Assembly (NCBI GenBank): GCA_977017575.1
Contig: CDRNVI010000003.1
Coordinates: 186,001-250,000, forward strand
Source: Paramoeba atlantica
Lineage: Eukaryota > Protista > Discosea
Length of the DNA stretch: 64,000 nucleotides
Direction of reading: 5' to 3'
Shown here: positions 21,110 through 30,374 of the stretch, in pieces
Layout of the letters: each line of letters opens with the position of its first letter
Position numbering within the stretch: the first letter of the stretch is position 1
Position numbers and translations under genes: made by a program
Notes under the pieces: model-generated
The model's database searches: none
Told to the model about the DNA's origin: nothing
What the model saw: only the letters and a program-made list of their open reading frames with translations

Positions 21110-22390
21110 TTATACTACTTTTAGCCACATAATTACCGGACAATGGTCGCTACCTAGGACTTGTCGTAAAGGGTACACATCAACCACCTGCGGCAAGTAG
21201 CGATTCTTGACAGCGAAGCCGTCCAGACGTAGTCCTCGATTTCCGTATTTCCCTTTTTCGTAGTGTGACCAGAACGTATAACTATGCGCTGCATTTGGAT
21301 AAAGGTGGCGAAAGGCGTCCTTCATCCCACTGGTTTTTAAGGTTAGGTCAAACGACTTTCTCTCCTCGAACGCAAACCCGGGTGTTTGCAGCATGGTTCC
21401 GTAGTCCCCTTTCCAATAATGATCCAGGTCTTTCATAACGTTGAAATCTCCGGTCCATATTATGGCATCTCCACCGGGAATCGGAAGTGGGGGACTCGCA
21501 GATCCATGTTTTAAATTGACAAGATGGCCTCGAAGCTTCTCGTCCCACAATAACCTCTGCGGAAGCTTTGGAAACTTACCCGTTTCGCGGTCTAAACCTG
21601 ACGTCGGGACGTACGTGTTCACTACTTTTATAGCAGACATTTCTTTGGAAACATTAGGAAATCGCTCCGAGGGGAGGGCTATGGAGGACGTTACGAGGCG
21701 ACCATGAGGACAGGTATCCACAGCAAAGCCGTCGCGTACAAGAAAGCCTTCAAAGTGCGTTGCATCAAATCCATCCTTTACGTACGTGCGCGTTCCACTG
21801 TACCCTTGTCTCTCCGTACTCAGTGAATCGAAAAAGGTGTAACCTGGGAGTTGACCAATTACAGAAGGGTTAGTTTTCGAAGAAAGCTTTGTTTCTTGCA
21901 AACAAATAATATCTGCCTTTTCTCCCTGAGTCAGATAGTTAAGCATGTAAGGTCGGCCCTCCACTAAGGACCGAAGAGATGCCACGTTCCAGGTTGCTAT
22001 TTTTATCATTTCGTCTTCCTTGAAATGCCACGGTTTTGTGCGGCGCTCAAATTTTTTTGTTTCCTTGAAGTAGTCGAACTGACTTCCCGGAATAAACTCA
22101 CCGGGATATTTCGCAACTAGCGCCTTGTAATTTTCTGCGAGAGCTAGTTTCTTCTTCTTTGAAACAGGAGCACAATTCTTCTTCCACTTTTTATAGTACG
22201 AACTTGAGTTCGGCGCAGCCTTTGAACCCTCTGATGCATCAGATGAAAATTTACGGAAACTTGTTATTGTTAAAACTCCCTGGAAGGTAGAACACGACGC
22301 CTTATTCCCGTGGATCGGCACGGCAAGCCTGGGCGCTATGCCCTCAACATTGCGTGAAAATTGAAACGCAGTTCGCGCAATCATACACAA
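21110..22390 (-). CDS. APE1: AP endonuclease / exodeoxyribonuclease III family
   Basis: TWNVASLR, ICLQETK, GYSG, NTYVP, WTGDFN, YTFWS, RLDGF, SDHCP motifs. Confidence 0.95.
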   Translation of the reverse strand: MCMIARTAFQFSRNVEGIAPRLAVPIHGNKASCSTFQGVLTITSFRKFSSDASEGSKAAPNSSSYYKKWKKNCAPVSKKKKLALAENYKALVAKYPGEFIPGSQFDYFKETKKFERRTKPWHFKEDEMIKIATWNVASLRSLVEGRPYMLNYLTQGEKADIICLQETKLSSKTNPSVIGQLPGYTFFDSLSTERQGYSGTRTYVKDGFDATHFEGFLVRDGFAVDTCPHGRLVTSSIALPSERFPNVSKEMSAIKVVNTYVPTSGLDRETGKFPKLPQRLLWDEKLRGHLVNLKHGSASPPLPIPGGDAIIWTGDFNVMKDLDHYWKGDYGTMLQTPGFAFEERKSFDLTLKTSGMKDAFRHLYPNAAHSYTFWSHYEKGKYGNRGLRLDGFAVKNRYLPQVVDVYPLRQVLGSDHCPVIMWLKVV

Positions 22391-22631
22391 GGATACCTGT
22401 CTCTACCAATCTATCTAAATTATAAATTATAAAAAATATGATGTAACTCGTAACCCTGACGACCCCTAAAAAATACACATAAAAACGATTTTCACCCAAA
22501 CCACGCACACACAAACACCATATCTACACAACTCTACCCACCCCATCTTAATATCACCTACACACAAAAGAAATTATATACACTCTATCTACCCCCCCCC
22601 CTTTTTTTTTTCTTCTTCTTCCCCCCCTCCC

Positions 22632-23237
22632 TCACCCCCCCTCCCCCCTCTCCGCCCCCTCCACCAGCGCCCTCTCCCTCACACACCGCACCCCCCCCTT
22701 CCCCATCCCCCCCATCCCCGCCCGCACCACCTTCCCGTACCGGTTCTGGTACACCGCCAGCACCCCGCGGCGGATCCGGTCCCCCGCCTCGCGGTGGCTC
22801 ACCCCGCCCGCCACCCCCATCCCCACGTCGTAGTAGTACGGCGGGAGGCCCGGGCCCGCGACCACCGCGGGGAGCCCCGACCCGCAGCGCACCGTCGCGG
22901 GGAGCACCAGCGCCCGGGTCGCCGCGGTGTCGTACAGCGGGGGGATCTCGAGGTAGGCGCCCCGGGGGGTGGAGGTGGAGAGGGTGGAGGCCACGTAGAG
23001 GGGGGCGGAGAGACGGGTGCCGGCGAGCGCGTGGAGGGTGGGGTCGGGGGTGTTGTTGTTGTTGTTGTGCGTAGGGGGGTAAGGGGACGTGGAGGTGGTG
23101 GTGGTGGAAGAGGGGAGTTCAAGAAAGTGACAGGTACGACGAAGGAGGTTACCTTGGTAAATATGGGTGGTTAGGCGGAGAGGGAGTTTCTCGCGGGTGT
23201 AGAGGATGTCGTGGGCGTCAAAGTAGTTGCCGGGCAT
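22632..23237 (-). CDS. PSF3: GINS complex subunit Psf3
   Basis: MPGNYFDAHDILYTREKLP, GTRLSAPLYVA and PYYYDVG match the Psf3 pattern. Confidence 0.7.
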   Translation of the reverse strand: MPGNYFDAHDILYTREKLPLRLTTHIYQGNLLRRTCHFLELPSSTTTTSTSPYPPTHNNNNNTPDPTLHALAGTRLSAPLYVASTLSTSTPRGAYLEIPPLYDTAATRALVLPATVRCGSGLPAVVAGPGLPPYYYDVGMGVAGGVSHREAGDRIRRGVLAVYQNRYGKVVRAGMGGMGKGGVRCVRERALVEGAERGEGG

Positions 23238-23755
23238 GAGGGGTGGGTGGGGAGAGAGGGATAGATGGGTTGTTTTTTTGTGTGGATAAGTAGTGGAGTG
23301 AGGCAATTTGTTTTTTATCATCACTAAAATTACAGAAGCCGGTACGGAAACAACTTTACATGGGGCCTCTTAATTGCGATTTTAGGGCAATGTTAGTTTA
23401 TATTGTACCAAAAAAATAGTTTTTCTATTTTGGGGTGTATTGATTTTTCGTGCTTTGAATACTTGTTTTTTCTGACATGTGCACTTGTTTTGACCCTCGC
23501 TGCGTCCTCAGATGAAATCAGGATGGGGATCATCCGCAAGCTTTCGCGTCCTTCTTCAAAAATCATGGAATAGTTCTGGATGAACTTTGCCGCAATAATA
23601 AGACACCAGGTGCACCACACAAAAGAAAAAATTGCTCCAAGTATGTTGGTGCAGGAATAGTGCCAAAGCAAAGTTACGAAAGTGACTAAGCTACGCAACG
23701 AAATTCAACAAAAGATGACCACGCAAGAAATGACCAAGATCAAATTCATGTTCTG

Positions 23756-23835
23756 GATACAGTTTCTGTACCTTGTTGATTTTTTTTATTTCCTACGTTT
23801 ATTCTCCCCATGGCAGAACTTGCCATCAAGGGACT
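23756..23835 (+). repeat. SL-core-headed repeat, diverged and truncated copy A
   Basis: GATACAGTTTCTGTACCTTGTTG at 23756-23778, then a T-rich tract and a short hairpin loosely similar to copies B-D. Confidence 0.7.
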
Positions 23836-24159
23836 CTACTGTGTAGTACTATACAGGGGGGGGGGGAAACTGACAAGGTCCGTATTTTGGCGTCCTGAGG
23901 CCGTTTGAGCTGATTTTTGTTGCAAAAGAGAGATTTCGTTCTGAATATCGTGTCTACGCTATTTGGACAATAAAATTGACAAAACATTATTTAACACGAT
24001 TAAAAGTAACACGATTAAAAACTCAACCCTGGGTTACCAAAAGTCAGTCGAATTAAAGGCATATAATCAATCCTCCCTGTACTCTTTATCATATTAAAGT
24101 CTTCACATTGCACTTCTTCGCCTACATAATGTAACGTTGGTCAATATTTCCAAGCAGCA

Positions 24160-24873
24160 CTAGATTTTGCTGAAAGTTGGAGCACCTACAAGGTCCCCCT
24201 TATCAAAGCTGTTTCCAGAAAGATCAAGCTTTTTTAATCCTTTCGGAAGAAACTGGAAGTCTATTTCGCCTTGAAAGTGATTTCCCTGCAAGCGAAGCGA
24301 TACCATCGAGTCCGGAAGGCTCGTAAAGTCCAGCGAACCCGTGAGATTGTTGCCATGGAGATCAATCGTACGTAAACCTGAAGGAAGTGATAGCAGATTA
24401 ATCTTTCCATAGAACTGATTGTTGTAAGCCCACAATCCATCCAATGTGGCAGGCAAATTCGAAATATCAAGCGTCCCTGTAAGTTGATTTCCTGAGACGT
24501 CAAACTTTTTTATTGCATTTGGAAGATTTTCGAGATCAAGGTTGTTACCCTGTAGTTGGTTTCGTCGCACTTCATGAGCTTCCTTCTGTTCCCCAAAGTA
24601 ACCGTATTGCAAGGTTCTAGGAAGATATGCCCAAGCAAAGGTACCATGAAGATTCATTCCCCACCAAAAAATAGATACAACGTTGTCCAATTTATCACAG
24701 AGAACCCCTTTCCAAGAACATGCGGACACGTCGGATTGCCACGTAATGTCAGCGCGGCTTACATTGTTTAGAAGGCGAGAAAGCTCTGACTCTGGCGGAA
24801 GAATCGCACCCCTCACTTTAGCGCCGCAGCGTCTTCCGTAGTCCTGTCCTACAAAAACAGGTAAGATGTTCAT
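24160..24873 (-). CDS. Leucine-rich repeat protein
   Basis: AKVRGAILPPE..CSWKGVLC cap and LRRs; probable start MNILP. Confidence 0.88.
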   Translation of the reverse strand: MNILPVFVGQDYGRRCGAKVRGAILPPESELSRLLNNVSRADITWQSDVSACSWKGVLCDKLDNVVSIFWWGMNLHGTFAWAYLPRTLQYGYFGEQKEAHEVRRNQLQGNNLDLENLPNAIKKFDVSGNQLTGTLDISNLPATLDGLWAYNNQFYGKINLLSLPSGLRTIDLHGNNLTGSLDFTSLPDSMVSLRLQGNHFQGEIDFQFLPKGLKKLDLSGNSFDKGDLVGAPTFSKI

Positions 24874-25019
24874 ACAGCTAAAATATTTAAATTTTAAACT
24901 TAAATATGAAGTTGTTGAGACTAAAAAAATATTTGCCAAAATTCGAAATATTCATAGTCAGTGCTCCCCTCTCATTAATTTTTATGCAACAAAATAACAG
25001 AATTCAATTTTCAAAATAA

Positions 25020-25460
25020 CGGAACGATTGTTTGCCGCTTGTTGAAAACAACTTTCACGAACGCTCCAAAGAAATTTTTGTTATGCAAGATCAAGGTGTT
25101 GTGCGTTCTCTTAAAGAAAACCAGTGTACGCCTCATAGGAGAGTACGTAGAAAATTACTGGAGTTAACAGGATGTAAATTCTCGGTTAAAGTAAAGGAAA
25201 ATTCGCCTTTTTTGAAAAAGAAATTGCTTTACACCCTAGTTTACACCCTATCTAGAAACCTACCCTCGCATTTCTTAGTACAGTGCCACACACTATCCTC
25301 TAATTCCATTTCTTTTGGTGATGAGTGTGTCCTTTTTCCACAGAAAATGCTTCTCGTGACAAGCCCGTGGCTTCGAAGCCACTGCTCGCACTGTGCTTCC
25401 CTCCGGCGTGATATACGGCTGAGGGTGAACTTTCTTCGACAAGCGAACCCCCGACACCCC
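25020..25460 (-). pseudogene. Merlin (IS1016/IS1595-like) transposase N-terminal remnant
   Basis: CEQWLRSHGLVTRSIFC..WHCTKKC, then in another frame SFSKKANFPL..IYILL..FLWSVRESC; stops and frameshifts. Confidence 0.5.
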
Positions 25461-25653
25461 TGGTATACCATAGAAAATAACGGAAAATGGGTATACAATA
25501 GTCATATACAATATTATGTACGTAGATAATGTCCTTTTGTCGAAAATAAAAAGGTCAAGCTAAAAAGTCATAAGAAAAGCGAATTTTCCTTTACTTTCAC
25601 CAAATTCTCAGACTCTAAACGGCCCACTCGCGGATTCTTCCTACCCAAAAATG

Positions 25654-28599
25654 TTATACATTGTGTATAAAATCCAAGATGCTCCGTATTTGAGATATGA
25701 GACCGTGCCTAGAACCTATTTCCACGTGCGTACCACCTTTGGCAAACCGTGAATTATTTGCGCTCGAACCAGATAAACGCACGAGCTCCTCATAATAAGA
25801 ACGTAAAGATTGCAATTCTGCTAAATTTCGGCTGGAAAACTTCTTAGAAAGAAAATCATCTAGACTCATAGCTATTTCCAACAGCTCGTTGTTACTTTTT
25901 TCGTAGTATTCGTACCTTGGTAGTCGAAGGTAATCTTTAATTTTCTCTGGGACAGCTAGCGGAGGTGTGTCAACTAAAAGATTCTCCTTTGAGTTTGTTG
26001 TCGGCGAACCTTCATTTAATTTTTTAGCGTCTTTGGATAATCCTTGGTTCTCATTTTCAATTGTGTTTGAGGGCTGTGCCTTAACGTTGTAATATTCACG
26101 AACTAGACTCTGCCAAAGTGGGGTAAGGACTTCATTCTTCCCATCGCTAAATATACCCATCCGAATAATATCCAGAGGACTACGACCTTCGGATTCAGTA
26201 TATTGACGAACTAATTCCAGTAATTTCTCAGGGTAGGTAGCCTGTGAAAGCTGACTGAACAATGAATTACTAGCCCCGTCGGTCTCAAAAAGAGAGTTGA
26301 GGAATTTGAAAATCCTACATCGTGTCAGCGAAAGCTCTGTACGACAATAAGGGGTAAGAACCTCTGGCCAACTTGAAGAGATCACGGTAACAGGATCAGG
26401 CAGAATTTCAATTTCAAGAACTTCACAATCCCAACGCTCCATCTCTGAGGGACACCGTTGCTCACTGCTATACCTACCAAGAGAAGTAGACAGGACGACG
26501 AAATCCGAAAGATAATGTCCAAATTTCACTCCAATGTCTATTCCAGACGGTTCACTAATGTCAAGCTCACGAAGGATGCGCCACTGACGTAAATGTGGCA
26601 TCCACACGATAAGAAAATTTTTGTCACCGCCAAGAGAACGATAAAAGACAGGAGACTTTCGATGTAGTGAATCATGTGGAAGGGGCATGTTGTAAAGTGC
26701 CTCCAATACAACATGCTTCTGACGTGAGTTCCCTCCAGGAGGAGACTCTATACGTGCAGAAGAGTGAGGAAAAACGGACTCGGGAAGAAAATCGATAGCA
26801 GAAGTGTGAATCCCACGTACGCGAAGACGCCTGTAGTGCGTTCTAACGCAGGGCTGGTCGTATTGAGTAAGCAACTGAATCAGTTTTTGATTTCGCTCCA
26901 TCAGATACTCCATGTTTTCAGTCCCTACTTTCTTCAATGAATAGACATTGGAATCTTGCACGGCTCTATCGTGGGCTACTAACCGTGGATCAAAAAGCAA
27001 GCTCACAAATGTATTCCAGTCCGACTTGTTCAATTCCAATTTATGGAGTAAATTAATGGGAGTGAAGTTTACGAAGGAGCGTTCCACATGGGGTGTGCAG
27101 TTCTGATGAAGAAAGAGAGCCCTCGTACGCAATTCGAAATCTCCAATGTATGCTTGAGGAAGTGTCCCGCTGCGCTTCCAAATGAATACCAGGCGATGAA
27201 CCGTAGTTCCAAGTCTCCACGCCAGGATGTATAAAGCGAAATTTATATATAATTCAGGGAAAATATGTGGAACTTCAGGCTCAGTAGCGCGCATTGAGTA
27301 TTTCTCGCAATTTTCGGTCGCGTTGAACATGTTTGTACGAATGGCAGCCATGTGTGCCTCGATCCAGCGACCTATCGCGCCATAGAATATGAATGTTTCT
27401 CGAAATGGCGTGAATTCCGAAACTGAAACTCTGACGTGCAACAACACGGTTAACAATGTGCATGCTGCGAAATCATCTGGGGCGATTTCTAGATTGGACG
27501 CTGGGTTCTGAAGAAAGACTTTCGCGTTGGAGGAGCAAATCAGTGCAATTTCAGGAGTGTCTATGTTTAGGATACATGGAGAAAGCGCTACTTGTGTAGC
27601 AAGCTGCTTGAGCAACGGAAATGCATCTTTCTCTGAAAACGGTTCAAAAGTATGGGTAGGGAGCGCAATGATAGGGTAAAGTTCGGCACCTGGTGTAGAT
27701 TCATTGTGTACAATACTAGGCAATGGGCTCGTCGCATCCATAGAGGAAAACGGGACATCCCAGCTCTGCATACCGATAGAGCTATCATGTGGCGCACTAT
27801 CATCTATTGTACACATTTTTCGTTGCAACTCAATGTGCTGTACAACTCTTCTCAAGGCGGCGTAGCTCATAATTCCGAAAGGGTGTATAATGTGAAAGAA
27901 GCATAATAGGGGCGCGCAAGATCCCCCAGAAACTGTGGCAAGTGGACTAACGCCACGCTGGGAGGCGTATGAGCAGAATGCTCTAAGAAGATCCGGATAT
28001 TGAGTCCATGAGCAAGGGACTTGCCCGGCAAGAAATCCTTGGCGTAAAGCAAAGACTGGAAGTGCTGTACTTTCGAACTCCTGTTTGTAGCCCGTAGGTA
28101 GTCGAAGGTCGCTCGTGCAATGTCCTGGAGTACTGACATGATCAAGCTTTACAACCTCTGAACCCTTATGCTCTACATGCCACTCCAAAACGCCGAGTCG
28201 AAAGTTATCAAGAGCTTCGAAAAGCTCTGCGTGATCGATTGATTGTACATTCTCCGTGTCAGCAAACTCACTGGCTCCATAGTAGTCCGAGTGGGCGGGC
28301 GCCGAATCGTTGTTTTCGTCGAAATCCGTCTCAGTTCCGTATTGCTGGGGTGCGTGTACATCGGAGAAGCAGCAAGGACAGGAATATAAAACATCATCCG
28401 TTCCGGGCACCCATTTCTCATTTTGTTGGCACGAGGCGCAGTGAGTAGGGCAAAATGCCCACCATCGAAGGTACAGGAGAGGGGAGAGCTGATAGTTTTG
28501 TAATGTGTTTCGCTCAAGGAACATTCCTTCCTGGGCTTGTGGTATGTGAAAAAGTGTACGGAAGAGCGTCTGGTGCTCCTCACGTGTCAGTCGATTCAT
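25654..28599 (-). CDS. Large hypothetical protein with N-terminal Cys cluster
   Basis: 981-aa ORF; CPTHCASC..CPCC; no family recognised. Confidence 0.7.
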   Translation of the reverse strand: MNRLTREEHQTLFRTLFHIPQAQEGMFLERNTLQNYQLSPLLYLRWWAFCPTHCASCQQNEKWVPGTDDVLYSCPCCFSDVHAPQQYGTETDFDENNDSAPAHSDYYGASEFADTENVQSIDHAELFEALDNFRLGVLEWHVEHKGSEVVKLDHVSTPGHCTSDLRLPTGYKQEFESTALPVFALRQGFLAGQVPCSWTQYPDLLRAFCSYASQRGVSPLATVSGGSCAPLLCFFHIIHPFGIMSYAALRRVVQHIELQRKMCTIDDSAPHDSSIGMQSWDVPFSSMDATSPLPSIVHNESTPGAELYPIIALPTHTFEPFSEKDAFPLLKQLATQVALSPCILNIDTPEIALICSSNAKVFLQNPASNLEIAPDDFAACTLLTVLLHVRVSVSEFTPFRETFIFYGAIGRWIEAHMAAIRTNMFNATENCEKYSMRATEPEVPHIFPELYINFALYILAWRLGTTVHRLVFIWKRSGTLPQAYIGDFELRTRALFLHQNCTPHVERSFVNFTPINLLHKLELNKSDWNTFVSLLFDPRLVAHDRAVQDSNVYSLKKVGTENMEYLMERNQKLIQLLTQYDQPCVRTHYRRLRVRGIHTSAIDFLPESVFPHSSARIESPPGGNSRQKHVVLEALYNMPLPHDSLHRKSPVFYRSLGGDKNFLIVWMPHLRQWRILRELDISEPSGIDIGVKFGHYLSDFVVLSTSLGRYSSEQRCPSEMERWDCEVLEIEILPDPVTVISSSWPEVLTPYCRTELSLTRCRIFKFLNSLFETDGASNSLFSQLSQATYPEKLLELVRQYTESEGRSPLDIIRMGIFSDGKNEVLTPLWQSLVREYYNVKAQPSNTIENENQGLSKDAKKLNEGSPTTNSKENLLVDTPPLAVPEKIKDYLRLPRYEYYEKSNNELLEIAMSLDDFLSKKFSSRNLAELQSLRSYYEELVRLSGSSANNSRFAKGGTHVEIGSRHGLISQIRSILDFIHNV

Positions 28600-28831
28600 A
28601 ATTTACTGACCTTGGTATCGAAATTGCGCTGGTTTTCCCACTGCGGAACCTAAGAAGTTCATGAAAAAGGAATATGAAAAACCTGCCTTGCTATCAAACG
28701 ACAAAAAGTTTCTACCCTAGTTCTGTAGTTTTCGAAAACAAGAACACAAAAATATGTATAAGAACACAATATAAGAACATGACCAAAACGAAATAGGAAA
28801 TAACTCATCGAAATTCCTACTACAGACCGGG

Positions 28832-30142
28832 CTACGACTCTGGATTAGACCCTGCTTGAAGACGTAGAAGCGCTAACTTTGACTTAACGACCTGACGAAG
28901 TCGTCTGTACCGCTCCCTCCTCGCTCTTCGTCGTTGTAGCCTCGCCTCGTCTACCTTCTTTTTCGGTTTCTCTTCTCGCTCAATCCCCGCAGACACCTCT
29001 CCGCTTTCCTCCCCTCTTGACAAGTCCGTTGTCTCCCCAAGCGGCAGCACCCCCGCAACCTCACCCCTTTCCCCCCGTCTCTCCCCCCTACGCACGGGAA
29101 CCAACACCTCCTCCTCCCCCTCCTCCCCATACTTCCGACTCCACCCCTCCAACCCCAACCTCCCCATCTCCTCCTGCACCACCCTCCTCACCACCGGAAT
29201 CGGCACCTCCAAATTCATCGCCGCCACCGGCACCGCACTCCCCACCGCATACCCCGCCCTCACCAACGTCGCCACATGTCGCTGCACCTCCAGCGCCGCG
29301 AACCCCCCGTGCCCCCTCTCCCCCCCCGCCCCCACCCCCCCCTCCACACACACCACACACTCCCCCTTCTGCTGCGCCACCGCGGTCTCCGCGCGGTGGT
29401 AGAACTGCGCCACCTCGGGCGCCCCCCCGACGTGCACCCCCTCATACACCTTCGTCACCTCATGCACCACCGCGACCCGTGCCCCCGGGACCACCCCCGC
29501 CACCGCCCGCAGACACCCCGCGAGCCGCTCCACCGCCTCGAAGAACACCCCCACCCCCGGGACCCCGACCAGCGCCCCCCGCAGCGCCCGCGCCCGGGCC
29601 CCCTCCCGGGCCGGCAGGTACCCGTGGAAGTGGTACCCGTGGGTGGCGTAGTCCAGCCCGGAGAGCGTGAGGGCCGCGGTTACGCTGCAGGCCCCGGGGA
29701 CGACACTGACCCGGAGCCTGGCACGGTGGGCGGCGGCGATCAGCGGGGCGGTGGGGTCCCCGAAGGTGGGGGTGCCGCTGTTGGGGACGAGCGCCAGGGT
29801 GCGGCCCTCACGGAGGAGCCGGAGGAGACGGGAGAGCGCGGGGGGGTGGGCGGGCTGGAGCTGGAGTAGACGGCCGTCGTAGGGGATCTCGATCAGGTCG
29901 AGCATCACGCGGGTGTGGCTCTTGTTGTGGCAGACAATGTAGTCGACGTTTTTGAGGACGTCGAGGGCGCGGAGGGTGAAGTCTTTCAGGTTGCCAATGG
30001 GGACGGAGACGACTTGGAGGACGCCGGGGTCGAGGGGGGAGGGTTTGCTGAGGGGGTTGACCTCCCCGGGGATGTACATGCGGAGGATGTGGCGTTTGGG
30101 GCGGCGGCTGGGGGTGGAGTGGGCGAGGGAACGGAAGAGCAT
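28832..30142 (-). CDS. rsmI: RsmI-like tetrapyrrole-methylase-family rRNA 2'-O-methyltransferase, presequence-like N-terminus
   Basis: VVSVPIGNLKDFTLRALDVL, SGTPTFGDP, VPGACSVTAAL, FHGYLP, FFEAVERL, HEVTKVYE. Confidence 0.9.
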   Translation of the reverse strand: MLFRSLAHSTPSRRPKRHILRMYIPGEVNPLSKPSPLDPGVLQVVSVPIGNLKDFTLRALDVLKNVDYIVCHNKSHTRVMLDLIEIPYDGRLLQLQPAHPPALSRLLRLLREGRTLALVPNSGTPTFGDPTAPLIAAAHRARLRVSVVPGACSVTAALTLSGLDYATHGYHFHGYLPAREGARARALRGALVGVPGVGVFFEAVERLAGCLRAVAGVVPGARVAVVHEVTKVYEGVHVGGAPEVAQFYHRAETAVAQQKGECVVCVEGGVGAGGERGHGGFAALEVQRHVATLVRAGYAVGSAVPVAAMNLEVPIPVVRRVVQEEMGRLGLEGWSRKYGEEGEEEVLVPVRRGERRGERGEVAGVLPLGETTDLSRGEESGEVSAGIEREEKPKKKVDEARLQRRRARRERYRRLRQVVKSKLALLRLQAGSNPES

Positions 30143-30374
30143 GGGGAGAGGGCTGGGGGCTGGGGAGAGGAGTGGTGGAGGTCAGGATGGGGGTGAGGTG
30201 TGCGTAGATGTAGGCATGAAAGAAAGAGAGAGAGGTGAGACAAGAAAAATGTGCTACGTGCGCATAGAGAATAGAGGAAGTGAAACATCGAGTTGTAGCA
30301 AAAGAAAAAGAAGAATTAAAAGATGCCCCGAAAGCAAGTCAATGGATAGTCAAAGCACCAGAAGTGAAAAAGGT

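Noticed and set aside
29017-29882. Long Pro-rich or Gly-rich overlapping ORFs (also near 12260-12960, 22794-23174, 49795-50337, 53170-53694)
   Set aside because: Shadow frames caused by stop-codon depletion in the GC-skew islands. The real genes are on the minus strand.
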